Shown: piece by piece, positions 20,664-29,511 of the stretch
How positions within the stretch are numbered: the stretch's first letter is position 1
Layout: each line of letters starts with the position of its first letter
NCBI GenBank assembly: GCA_913428515.1
Contig: CAJYCI010000001.1
Location: forward strand, 1-50,130
DNA from: an uncultured Gammaproteobacteria bacterium
GTDB lineage: Bacteria; Pseudomonadota; Gammaproteobacteria; Pseudomonadales; Azotimanducaceae
Direction: 5' to 3'
Length of the DNA: 50,130 nucleotides
Position numbers and translations under genes: made by a program
Notes under the pieces: generated by a model
What the model was told of the DNA's origin: nothing
Seen by the model: the letters and a program-made list of their open reading frames with translations, nothing else
Databases searched by the model: none

Positions 20664-21906
20664 TAAACTTTATCAGCTCTTCTTGATGAAGGGGATCAGA
20701 TATTTCAATCAATTTTTTGGCCCGGTCTCTCAATGAACAGTTTTTTATTTCGGCTACACCATACTCGGTAACGATCGTATCAACATCCGTTCTCAATGCT
20801 GTGACAAAATCAACTCTGGGAACAATTTTTGAAATCTTTCTGTCTTTGGTGGACGCACTCATTGCCACTATCGATCTCCCGCCTTTAGAGGCACAAGCCG
20901 ATCTCATGAAATCAACAGAACCCCCGGTACCAGAGATTTGCCGGTTGCCAACCATCTCAGCGTTTACCTGACCAAAGAGGTCAACCTGTATAGCTGAATT
21001 AATTGATACAAAATTTTCTAGCTGACTAATAATCTTGATTTCATGCGTATAATTTGCACTCTTGAAAAGAACATTAACTGCTTTTCGATTAAGCGCTAAC
21101 CAGTCCAGCATTCTTTCAGATCCAAGAGCCATCCCGATTACATGTTTACCCCTGTCAATTTTTTTACGCGACCCATTGATAACGCCGGCGTTGATCAGAT
21201 CCATAACCGCGTCGTCCAATAGCCCTCCATGAAAACCGAGGTCACTGTGATTTTTTAAATTCGCTAGGATTGCTGATGGAACTGCTCCTATACCGGTCTG
21301 AAGACAATCTCCATCGGAAATTAAATCGCTCACTATCCGCCCAATTTGTTGGGAGCTATTGTCAATTTCTACTAGAGGGTAAACTGGCTTTCCCGACTTG
21401 CTTTGAATAATTAAATCTACGCGATCGCTCTCTACTTTTGGGCATGTCCTTGGTGCTAAAAAACTCGAATTTTCTTCAATGATTATGTGTCTAGCGCAGA
21501 GTATTATCGCGTCAAGAAAATCGATATTTGGTCCAAATCTTAAAACTCCGTCAATGTCCCTGGCCGCTTGAAAAATAGCCACATCGAGTTCTAAATTTAA
21601 CAGGAATTCAAAAATGCTTCGCATGTGGATTGGTATAAAACTTACTCGCCCTTCGGCCACTCCTTCCTTCAAGTGAGGGCCCATAAAGAAAGTTTTTAAA
21701 CTAGAACCTTCTCCGAGAAGAGATAAATCTTTCTTATTTATCCCGCCAAGAGGAAATTGAATCCACTGAATATCTCTGAAAAAAGTTTGGTTATCTTCGA
21801 TCAAAGAGATAATACCTTTGGGCTCACTGGCGCTCCCGCTGACATAGACTGACACTCCAGGGGTTAGCAGTGATTTTAAGTTCTCAATGACTTTATCGTT
21901 ATCCAT
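20656..21906 (-). CDS. acetyl-CoA hydrolase/transferase family protein
   Basis: 416 aa with the two-domain AcetylCoA_hydro layout (LQTGIGAVPSAI, SGTGGSVDFMRSA). Its 3' end overlaps the DUF2237 stop by 8 nt. Confidence 0.8.
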   Translation of the reverse strand: MDNDKVIENLKSLLTPGVSVYVSGSASEPKGIISLIEDNQTFFRDIQWIQFPLGGINKKDLSLLGEGSSLKTFFMGPHLKEGVAEGRVSFIPIHMRSIFEFLLNLELDVAIFQAARDIDGVLRFGPNIDFLDAIILCARHIIIEENSSFLAPRTCPKVESDRVDLIIQSKSGKPVYPLVEIDNSSQQIGRIVSDLISDGDCLQTGIGAVPSAILANLKNHSDLGFHGGLLDDAVMDLINAGVINGSRKKIDRGKHVIGMALGSERMLDWLALNRKAVNVLFKSANYTHEIKIISQLENFVSINSAIQVDLFGQVNAEMVGNRQISGTGGSVDFMRSACASKGGRSIVAMSASTKDRKISKIVPRVDFVTALRTDVDTIVTEYGVAEIKNCSLRDRAKKLIEISDPLHQEELIKFIN

Positions 21907-21993
21907 CCCTCACACTTTATAAACTTACCCGGACTCTTGTCGACAACAAAATAAAAAAATAGAATCTTGGCTGGCGAAAAACAAGAGAAAACA

Positions 21994-23259
21994 ATGAGCG
22001 ATACAGCTGACGGAAAAAGTTTTGATTTACAAGACCCTTGGAAAATAGATATCGCTGATATCAATCCAGTTAATCCTGCACTTTTTCAGCAAGACAAACA
22101 TTGGGATGTTTTCTCTCGTTTGCGTAAAGATGACCCGGTTCACTTTAATGAGGACCCAGATTTTGGCAGATATTGGTCGATCACCAAGTTTAACCACATC
22201 ATGGAAGTAGACACTAACCATAAAGTCTTTTCATCTGAAGGGGGAATTACCCTAGGTCCAACAGCGAGCCAAATTGCTTCCGGCGAAGCAATGGACACTC
22301 CAATGTTCATTGCAATGGATCCTCCAAAACATGACCAACAAAGAGCCACGGTCTCACCCGTAGTACAGCCATCCAATCTTGCTAAATTAGAAGACACCAT
22401 CCGTGCACGAGCAGGAAAAATACTCGATGAATTGCCCAGAAATGAAGAATTCGATTGGGTAGACAAAGTTTCTATAGAATTGACCACCCAGATGTTAGCA
22501 ACCCTTTTCGATTTCCCTTTCGAGGACCGAAGGAAGCTAACGCGATGGTCAGACGTTGCAACAGCAATACCAGGACAAGGGATAATTGATTCGTTACAAC
22601 AAAGGAGAGAGGAACTGCTTGATTGTCTTAATTGCTTCACCGAACTCTGGAACATCAAGGCAAAGAAACCTGAAAGCAACGACTTGATATCAATGCTTGT
22701 TCATGGAGAAGAAACCAAAAATATGCAGCCATTAGAGTTCCTTGGCAACCTTATACTTCTTATAGTGGGAGGGAACGATACGACTCGGAACTCTATCTCT
22801 GGTGGGGTTTTGGCCTTAAATGAAAACCCGATGGAATATCAGAAGCTTCGCAACGACCCCTCTTTGATTAAAAGCATGGTGCCTGAAATAATTCGGTGGC
22901 AGACACCGCTGGCTTACATGAGAAGAACAACCCTTCAGGATATAAACTTTCACGGAAAGGAAATCAAAGAAGGAGATAAAGTAGTGATGTGGTACGTTTC
23001 TGGAAATCGAGATGAAGAGGTAATTCATAATCCCGACAACTTTGTCATTGACCGTAAAAATGCAAGACACCATCTTGCATTTGGTTTTGGCATACACCGA
23101 TGCATGGGCAATCGATTGGCCGAAATGCAGCTCAGAGTGATTTGGGAAGAAATCCTGAAACGGTTTCGCTTTATAGAATTAAGTGGGGATGTGGAACGCA
23201 CATATTCGTCCTTCGTAAAGGGCTACACGAGCATGCCAGTAAAACTTCATGATTGGTGA
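21994..23259 (+). CDS. cytochrome P450, CYP153-like
   Basis: Cys-ligand loop FGFGIHRCMGNRLAE, I-helix LLIVGGNDTTRNS and EIIRW (ExxR) are present. The N-terminal DPVHFNE...YWSITKFNHIMEVDTNHKVFSSEGGITL is colinear with CYP153 alkane hydroxylases as I recall them. ATG 21994 is preferred over TTG 21967. Confidence 0.88.
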   Translation: MSDTADGKSFDLQDPWKIDIADINPVNPALFQQDKHWDVFSRLRKDDPVHFNEDPDFGRYWSITKFNHIMEVDTNHKVFSSEGGITLGPTASQIASGEAMDTPMFIAMDPPKHDQQRATVSPVVQPSNLAKLEDTIRARAGKILDELPRNEEFDWVDKVSIELTTQMLATLFDFPFEDRRKLTRWSDVATAIPGQGIIDSLQQRREELLDCLNCFTELWNIKAKKPESNDLISMLVHGEETKNMQPLEFLGNLILLIVGGNDTTRNSISGGVLALNENPMEYQKLRNDPSLIKSMVPEIIRWQTPLAYMRRTTLQDINFHGKEIKEGDKVVMWYVSGNRDEEVIHNPDNFVIDRKNARHHLAFGFGIHRCMGNRLAEMQLRVIWEEILKRFRFIELSGDVERTYSSFVKGYTSMPVKLHDW

Positions 23260-23301
23260 GATAGCGACGGTCGCTGAGTAGCATAGGACTGTTTTAGCCT
23301 T

Positions 23302-23326
23302 AAAAAAAAGCCCTCATTTTGAGGGC
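23302..23326 (-). terminator. intrinsic terminator downstream of amt (second of two hairpins)
   Basis: The minus strand reads GCCCUC-AAAAU-GAGGGC followed by U8. It sits between the convergent P450 and amt genes. Confidence 0.75.
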
Positions 23327-23351
23327 TAATAGAGGGATAACTGAGAAGAAA

Positions 23352-23371
23352 GGGCCTCGCACAGGAGGCCC
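23352..23371 (-). terminator. GC hairpin immediately after the amt stop
   Basis: GGGCCUC-cugugc-GAGGCCC followed by UUUCUUCU on the minus strand. Confidence 0.55.
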
Positions 23372-23385
23372 AATCCAGAGGGACC

Positions 23386-24660
23386 TTAGCTTCTGAATTC
23401 CGGATAAGCTTCTAATCCGGTTTCTGAAATATCTATACCTTGAGCTTCCTCCTCTTCCGAAACTCGTATGCCCATGACCATCTTCAGGATGCCCCAGACG
23501 ATCAAACTTGCCCCGAAGACCCAAACAAAGATTGTAATGGCTCCGATAATTTGTCCGGAGAAAGAAACTCCGTCATTTGTAAGCGGCACTAGAAGCAGTC
23601 CGAGAAGTCCGCAGGTTCCATGAACCGAAATCGCGCCTACTGGATCGTCGATCTTGATCTTGTCTAAAAACACGATAGAAAGCACGACCAGCACTCCGCC
23701 AATAGCACCAAAAATCGTTGCAAGCAGAGGTGTCGGTGTAGACGGCTCAGCTGTAATGGCTACAAGACCCGCCAATGCACCGTTCAACACCATAGTTAGA
23801 TCGGCTTTCCCGAACATTATTTTGGAGGTTATTAAAGCTGCAATCGCGCCTCCAGCAGCTGCCGTGTTGGTATTCAAGAAAACGACCGCGACCGCATTTG
23901 CGCTTGCCGCATCGCCTAACTTTAGGACTGAACCGCCATTGAATCCGAACCAGCCCATCCACAAAATGAATGTACCTAAAGTAGCTAGAGGCAAATTAGC
24001 CCCAGGCAGCGCATTGACGGATCCATCAGGAGCATATTTACCTGTCCGCGCACCCAAGAGGAGAACTCCCGCTAGGGCTGCGGAGGCCCCTGCCATGTGG
24101 ACAATTCCTGACCCCGCAAAATCTGAGAAACCGAGATCTCCTAAATTGTATAGTCCGAATACATCTGCCCCGTTCCAAGTCCATGAGCCTTCAAGCGGGT
24201 AAATAAAACCTGTCATCACCACTGCAAAAGCAAAAAATGCCCAGAGCTTCATTCGTTCAGCAACAGATCCAGAAATTATTGACATTGCCGTTGCAACAAA
24301 TACTACTTGGAAAAAGAAATCTGACGCGTCAGCGTAAATAGAACCGCCGCCAAAACCTTCTGATGCAGACTCAGCTAAAACACTTGCAGTCAATGCATCT
24401 GCGCTCGCAGCTCCATCCAATTCTATTCCTGATAAAAATATCCCCCCCCCGTACATGACCGCGTATCCACAAACCAAATACATGACGCATGAAATCGAAA
24501 ACAGAGTAATATTTTTCGCTAAAATAACCGAAGTATTCTTAGATCTGACCAAGCCCGCTTCCAACATGGCAAATCCTGCCGCCATCCACATGACGAGAGC
24601 GCCGCACACTAAGAAATAAAATGTATCGAGCGCATATTGAAGTTCATAAATTTGTTCCAC
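23386..24660 (-). CDS. amt: ammonium transporter (Amt family)
   Basis: About 11 TM helices with FAMLEAG..R.KN, AERMK, HM.GG...L and ISVHGTCG motifs. GTG at 24660 is preceded by AGGGAGAG. The track ATG at 24696 lies upstream of the predicted sigma54 transcription start. Confidence 0.92.
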   Translation of the reverse strand: MEQIYELQYALDTFYFLVCGALVMWMAAGFAMLEAGLVRSKNTSVILAKNITLFSISCVMYLVCGYAVMYGGGIFLSGIELDGAASADALTASVLAESASEGFGGGSIYADASDFFFQVVFVATAMSIISGSVAERMKLWAFFAFAVVMTGFIYPLEGSWTWNGADVFGLYNLGDLGFSDFAGSGIVHMAGASAALAGVLLLGARTGKYAPDGSVNALPGANLPLATLGTFILWMGWFGFNGGSVLKLGDAASANAVAVVFLNTNTAAAGGAIAALITSKIMFGKADLTMVLNGALAGLVAITAEPSTPTPLLATIFGAIGGVLVVLSIVFLDKIKIDDPVGAISVHGTCGLLGLLLVPLTNDGVSFSGQIIGAITIFVWVFGASLIVWGILKMVMGIRVSEEEEAQGIDISETGLEAYPEFRS

Positions 24661-24701
24661 TGGACTCTCCCTAATAAAAAATCTTCTTACAAACACGAGA
24701 T

Positions 24702-24717
24702 TGCAAACTTAATGCCA
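24702..24717 (-). promoter_or_regulatory. sigma54 (-24/-12) promoter of amt
   Basis: The minus strand reads TTGGCAT-TAAGT-TTGCA. The GG to GC spacing is exactly that of the TGGCAC-N5-TTGCA consensus. The predicted TSS near 24691 is about 30 nt before GTG 24660. Confidence 0.7.
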
Positions 24718-24810
24718 AGTTTGAACCCTCCGTTTTTTAGCGCGACTTGGAAATATTTATTGAGCTGATAATTTACTTTGCCCTGATTTAAGGCGTCCCT
24801 ATTTTTCTCT

Positions 24811-24827
24811 TGCACCGATTTAAAGCA
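24811..24827. promoter_or_regulatory. possible NtrC-type enhancer half-match
   Basis: TGCACCgatttaaaGCA versus TGCACC-N5-GGTGCA, about 100 bp upstream of the sigma54 element. Only one good half-site. Confidence 0.25.
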
Positions 24828-24989
24828 AATTTATACTGAATTAAAGATAGAGTTTAAGGCTCCGGAGACTTGGTTGATTTTACTTCGGACAAAAAACAGC
24901 GAAGATCGCTCATTCTTGAGGAGGTTCTAAAAATTAGTATGTCGGTTCACTGGCGAAAACCTCATGAGCCAACCTAATTAACTCGCCAC

Positions 24990-25817
24990 TTAAATTGGTG
25001 CGCGGCCATCGTCTATTGTTACGCGATGCATAAGCCTTTCTGCTGGCCAATAATCATTCACGGGTTTATGTTGAGTTATCCTGTTATCCCAAAATGCAAC
25101 CGAATCTTTTTCCCATTTAAACCTACAAGTGAATTCAGGAAGGGTAAGGTGCTCGCATAGGAATCTAAGAAGCGAGGAACTTTCTTTCGGTTTCATGTCC
25201 TTTATCTCTATAGAGAAGAGGGAGTTTACAAATATCCCTTTTTTGCCAGACTCAGGGTGAGTCCGAATCACGGGGTGCTCAACGGGCGGATTATTTTGAA
25301 TCATCTCAGACAGGCGCTCGCGACCCCCAGACTCATTAATACTCTCTTTGAAACCGTAGGAAAAATCGTGGACTGCAGTGAGTCCGGATAAAAAAGACTG
25401 CATTTTATCAGATAGACCCTCAAAAGCTGCGGACATGCTCGCAAACATTGTATCTCCTCCTCGCTCAGGGACAATCATTCCACGAAGAATCGAACCTGAA
25501 GGAGGACAGCTTCTGAAGGTCATATCAGAATGCCACGCTTCTATTTTCGAGGGGTTAGCTAAATTATTTTCCAAGATTGTAATCTCTGGATAGCCGTCTA
25601 AACATCCGTATGCCTCATGAAGCTGAGGCACCCCGAAATAACGAGCAAAGCGCACGTGGGATTTCGGATCGATTGGTTGATTGCGAAAAAAAACAACCTC
25701 GAAATCGTTAATGACTGTCTTTAAAAAATCAATTTCTCTCGCTTCTAGCGGCCGATCAAGGTCAATGCCATGAATAATCGCCCCCAACGCGCCTGAAACG
25801 TGCTCAAGCTGATACAT
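24990..25817 (-). CDS. TauD/TfdA-family Fe(II)/2-oxoglutarate dioxygenase
   Basis: 275 aa with the WHSDMTF (HxD) iron motif, C-terminal WDN....H and an R..TI tail. TauD-like length. Confidence 0.85.
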   Translation of the reverse strand: MYQLEHVSGALGAIIHGIDLDRPLEAREIDFLKTVINDFEVVFFRNQPIDPKSHVRFARYFGVPQLHEAYGCLDGYPEITILENNLANPSKIEAWHSDMTFRSCPPSGSILRGMIVPERGGDTMFASMSAAFEGLSDKMQSFLSGLTAVHDFSYGFKESINESGGRERLSEMIQNNPPVEHPVIRTHPESGKKGIFVNSLFSIEIKDMKPKESSSLLRFLCEHLTLPEFTCRFKWEKDSVAFWDNRITQHKPVNDYWPAERLMHRVTIDDGRAPI

Positions 25818-25821
25818 TTTC

Positions 25822-25992
25822 TCATTGATCCACGGAGCTTAGCTTAGAGGCCAAGAGCGTTGCCTTTGCATCGAGCTCCGCAATCAGTTCTTTTGTTTTG
25901 TGAACCGAAAGTGCAACCACTCGGTTCGGTCCAAGTCTTTGGAGCCCCTGCTGAATATCAACTGCCAGCTGGGCTAATTCGTTATTTTTCAT
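25822..25992 (-). CDS. small hypothetical protein (56 aa, below track cutoff)
   Basis: Hand translation gives MKNNELAQLAVDIQQGLQRLGPNRVVALSVHKTKELIAELDAKATLLASKLSSVDQ*. GAGGG lies 6 nt before the ATG, and the stop is 4 nt before the TauD ATG, consistent with translational coupling. Confidence 0.4.
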   Translation of the reverse strand: MKNNELAQLAVDIQQGLQRLGPNRVVALSVHKTKELIAELDAKATLLASKLSSVDQ

Positions 25993-26013
25993 CTTGACCC
26001 TCAGTGAATGTCG

Positions 26014-26032
26014 ACGTTAATGATGATAACGT
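26014..26032. promoter_or_regulatory. inverted repeat ACGTTA-N7-TAACGT in a 48-bp divergent intergenic region
   Basis: Seen directly in the sequence. Arms this short are expected by chance several times in 50 kb, so only the position is suggestive. Confidence 0.2.
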
Positions 26033-26040
26033 AAAGTCCC

Positions 26041-26349
26041 ATGCTTGACATCACAGCGTCTCCGTTTAAAAAATCAAAATTGGATTATTATTTGAAAACA
26101 CAAACCCTTTTTTCGACAAATTTTAAAGGTAGGGAAATAGAAATAGCTAACTCCGGATCTGCTTTTATACTTCTGGTTGATGGTCTTGTTAGAACAAAAA
26201 GAATTCCCAGGTCAGACTGCGCCCGCATATCATTATCGACAACAATTCAGACAGGATACGAGTGGCATGAAAGCCTAGAAGCTATTATCGATCTCTCTAC
26301 CAGCAATTTAAAACTCGAAGTAAAGGCGAATAACAAGAAAATTATTTAG
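26041..26349 (+). CDS. hypothetical protein (102 aa)
   Basis: The ORF is the only evidence. No SD, no recognisable motif, AT-rich. Confidence 0.35.
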   Translation: MLDITASPFKKSKLDYYLKTQTLFSTNFKGREIEIANSGSAFILLVDGLVRTKRIPRSDCARISLSTTIQTGYEWHESLEAIIDLSTSNLKLEVKANNKKII

Positions 26350-26725
26350 CTTGACGATCTGGATGCTCTAATACTAAAGACCTCTACAAATAACCGTGAA
26401 TAAAACACTGGATAAAAGAAATTTTCTAATATTCCAATTTGACATCTCGCTTGAATACGAAGGCCTTCTCAGAAACACACCGAAATAGATAAGTTTTCTA
26501 TACAAGAGAGCTTGCTCAGAACAAATTCCTCGAATATTTTGACAGATCGACGAGTTGAGGCTATAAAAAGAGTAGATCGTTTTCCGAATAACGGAAAAAG
26601 TGCTACCGACTCTTTTCAGGGGAGAGCGGCTTGCATCCCCAAAAATACCCTGGCCGCTAAAGGAGGTGATCCCATCAATTATCAGTCTAAGAGGGGAGCC
26701 TTCGAGCCCAATCGGCTTTAAGGTT

Positions 26726-26776
26726 CCTCATGTGGCGTGAGCATGAGGGCTTAAATTATCAAGTTTAAGCCCTCAT
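26726..26776. other. two mutually exclusive stem-loops (7-bp and perfect 13-bp)
   Basis: CCTCATG (26726-32) pairs with CATGAGG (26742-48). ATGAGGGCTTAAA (26743-55) pairs with TTTAAGCCCTCAT (26764-76). The two share 26743-48. There is no U-tract on either strand. The structure lies 52 nt beyond the nhaB stop. Confidence 0.6.
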
Positions 26777-26828
26777 CTCATCTAAACGCGGATAAAATTG
26801 GAAATATATCGCCCACACCAAAAACCCG

Positions 26829-28343
26829 TTACAAGAAATAAATTACCGATAGCAACCCAACCGTACTCAAGACCAATGTATAGGGGGACGCCATAATCAC
26901 CATTCTCATATACGAGAGATTAATCAACGGTGCCAGTGAAGACGTAAGCAAAAATAAAAACGCTGCTTGGCCGTTTGGCGTGGCAATGGATGGGATATTA
27001 GTGCCAGTATTTACAGCTACTGCCAGTTTCTCGAATTGATCCCGCGATATCATTCCTGAATCTAATGCAGCCTTAATTTCGTTAATGTACACGGTAGCTA
27101 CAAAAACGTTGTCGCTTATCATTGAGAGAACTCCGTTGGCAACAAAGAAAAGTGGTGCTTGAAGATCGACACTTTGCGCGAGCACATAAACTATAATGGG
27201 ATCAAATAAGTCTTGATCGTGGATGACTCCAACGATGCAGAAGAAGACAACCAATAAAGCAGTAAACGGAAGAGCTTCATTAAAAGCCGGGCCAAGATCA
27301 TGCTCTTCGGTAACACCCTTGAAAGCGGTGAGCAAGATTATAACCCCCAAACCAATAATCCCAACTTCAGCGACGTGAAGTGCCAGAGCAATGATTAATA
27401 AAACTCCAACAATTGCTTCAATCAGAAGATCTGTTTTGTCCTTGTCAGTTCTGTTACTTTTTCGGAAGTCGCTATAGCTTTCAAATATCTCTTTGATTTC
27501 GGATGGTAATTGGGTACCAAAACCCGCAATTTTTAACTTCTCGACAGCAAAACATGTAATCATTCCGGCAAAGAAGACAGGTACAGTGATTGGTGACATT
27601 ACCACTAGAAATTCTATAAATGTCCAATCAGCTACGTTCGCAATCAGCAAATTCTGTGGTTCTCCAACTATTGTGCAAACTCCTCCAAGAGCTGTCCCCA
27701 CAACTCCATGCATTAATAGATTTCTGAGAAAGGCTTTGAAATTCTCTTGCTGATCCCGACCTAAGCTATTTAAAGACGAGTCATCAAGATAGTTATGGTC
27801 ATCGTCAAAACCCTTGCCCGATGTGGCTAGGTGGAATATTCGATAGAAACCAATACCAACACCAATTAGTACTGCTGTGACAGTTAACGCATCTAAAAAT
27901 GCGGAAAGAAACGCAGCAACAAAACAAAATAATAACGAAAGTAAAACTTTAGACTCGATCTGAAGAAACAATCTGGTGAAGATAGCTAGCATTAAATTCT
28001 TCATAAAGTAGATGCCTGCCACCATAAATACGAGCAGAAGGATTACCTCAAGATTATTTTCGACTTCATGCATTAGGGTATAAGGATTAGTCAATCCCAA
28101 AAACAATGACTGAATCGCAAGCAATCCTCCCGGCTGAAGCGGGTAGCATTTTAAAGCTAAAGCAAGTGTAAAAATAAACTGGATAAGCAAAACCCAACCC
28201 ATAATAAATCCGCCTTCAAGATTCAGCTGATTCAAGAACCAAAGAAGGAAAGGATTTATTATTAGGAATGCAATTATGGTTTTCTTGTACCAATTCGGAG
28301 AATCTCCTAGAAAGGAGTTATATAGATTATCCAACAACGTCAT
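26829..28343 (-). CDS. nhaB: Na+/H+ antiporter NhaB
   Basis: 504 aa, polytopic, with the NhaB-type N-terminus ([20 protein letters not shown]) and colinear length. Confidence 0.92.
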   Translation of the reverse strand: MTLLDNLYNSFLGDSPNWYKKTIIAFLIINPFLLWFLNQLNLEGGFIMGWVLLIQFIFTLALALKCYPLQPGGLLAIQSLFLGLTNPYTLMHEVENNLEVILLLVFMVAGIYFMKNLMLAIFTRLFLQIESKVLLSLLFCFVAAFLSAFLDALTVTAVLIGVGIGFYRIFHLATSGKGFDDDHNYLDDSSLNSLGRDQQENFKAFLRNLLMHGVVGTALGGVCTIVGEPQNLLIANVADWTFIEFLVVMSPITVPVFFAGMITCFAVEKLKIAGFGTQLPSEIKEIFESYSDFRKSNRTDKDKTDLLIEAIVGVLLIIALALHVAEVGIIGLGVIILLTAFKGVTEEHDLGPAFNEALPFTALLVVFFCIVGVIHDQDLFDPIIVYVLAQSVDLQAPLFFVANGVLSMISDNVFVATVYINEIKAALDSGMISRDQFEKLAVAVNTGTNIPSIATPNGQAAFLFLLTSSLAPLINLSYMRMVIMASPYTLVLSTVGLLSVIYFL

Positions 28344-28535
28344 AAACGCCCCTATGAATATAATTAGGCAGTTAAAACAAAAAGTAAGGTAAGCGACTTT
28401 CCGACAGTTTAACAGGAAAAGTTATTAATCAGTAATAATCAGCTTTTTCAAGACTAGATAGAAAAAGTTAATAGCTAATAATACCACTTGACTCTGCTTG
28501 GCCACGGTTCAAAATAGAAACAGGCGGAAAAGACT

Positions 28536-29396
28536 ATGTTTAACCCTTCTCTTATATTAATCGAAGCATTTATTAAAGAGCTTTGTTCTCTCTACGAGAA
28601 AATGCATGGTGAAAACACAGAGGACATCCATCTGATCCGCTCTTCAGCACGAACTTCATTAGAAATCATTGCAAATAGCGATGCTCCTTATCATGATCTT
28701 AATCATACCGTGATGGTAACTCTGGTAGGCACCGAGATTATTCGCGGGAAATCTCTTTTAGACGGATACGTCTCTTCAGAAGATTGGCTGCACTTTGTGA
28801 TTTCACTGCTCAATCATGACATCGGTTACGTAAGGGGCATATGTGAGGGCGACGGTGATGGAAAATATGTTACCGATTTGAATAAAGGGACAATATCTCC
28901 GCCGCCCGGCTCTACCGATGCGTCTCTTACTCCTTATCATATAGACCGAGCAAAACTTTTTATTGAAAGACGCTATGGAGCAAATAAACGACTTAACGTT
29001 GAAAAAATTTGCCACAACATAGAAAGAACCCGCTTCCCTGTACCTGCAGAAGATGACGCAACCGATTCTGCTGATTTTGCTGGGCTCATAAGGGCGGCTG
29101 ATCTAATTGGGCAACTAGGAGATCCCCAGTACCACAGAAAAATTTCCGCTTTATATGCAGAATTTAACGAAACGGGGCAAGCGGCAAAAATGGGTTACCA
29201 ATCTGCTGCGGATCTAAGAGCCGGTTACCCGAAATTTTTTTGGGAACTAGTCTCGCCATACATATCTGAAGGAATTAAATTTTTAAGAAGGACACAAACC
29301 GGACAGGCTTGGGTTCAAAATCTTTATGCGAATGTGTTTAAAGAAGAGCATGATACCGAAGTTTATGGCCCTGAAAGAGCCGGCAACAGAAACTGA
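28536..29396 (+). CDS. HD-domain metal-dependent phosphohydrolase-like protein
   Basis: 286 aa with YHDLNHT ... LLNHDIGY (H...HD...D pattern). Confidence 0.7.
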   Translation: MFNPSLILIEAFIKELCSLYEKMHGENTEDIHLIRSSARTSLEIIANSDAPYHDLNHTVMVTLVGTEIIRGKSLLDGYVSSEDWLHFVISLLNHDIGYVRGICEGDGDGKYVTDLNKGTISPPPGSTDASLTPYHIDRAKLFIERRYGANKRLNVEKICHNIERTRFPVPAEDDATDSADFAGLIRAADLIGQLGDPQYHRKISALYAEFNETGQAAKMGYQSAADLRAGYPKFFWELVSPYISEGIKFLRRTQTGQAWVQNLYANVFKEEHDTEVYGPERAGNRN

Positions 29397-29511
29397 GGCC
29401 ATCTCTCAATATCTTTGTGTCAGATTTCTCTATAGGTCACACATTATCGTGGCATTCAATCTTCAAAGCCCCTAGAATCCAAGTCCGCTTTCCAAAACAG
29501 AAAGTCTTAAC

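Noticed and set aside
22140-22679. 179-aa minus-strand ORF
   Set aside because: It lies wholly antisense to the P450 gene, whose motifs unambiguously define the coding strand.
23300-23524. 74-aa minus-strand ORF overlapping the amt 3' end
   Set aside because: It is out of frame with amt and runs through the two terminator hairpins.
23654-24202. 182-aa Ala/Pro-rich plus-strand ORF (with 23747-23962 on the minus strand)
   Set aside because: It is the antisense frame of the Gly/Ala-rich amt membrane gene, a typical shadow ORF.
26701-26709. TTCGAGCCC resembling a tRNA T-loop
   Set aside because: No complementary T-stem, acceptor stem or anticodon arm can be built around it. No tRNA was found anywhere in the window.
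26512-26721. 69-aa plus-strand ORF in the orphan region
   Set aside because: It has a TTG start without an SD. Several frames on both strands are open over the same stretch, and the sequence is basic and not protein-like. I treat it as part of a possible structured RNA or decayed region.
23308-26776. Shared AGCCCTCAT arm in the hairpins at 23308-23317 and 26767-26776, a possible REP-like family
   Set aside because: There are only two copies of a 9-10-nt match and the contexts differ. This is too little to call a repeat family from one window.
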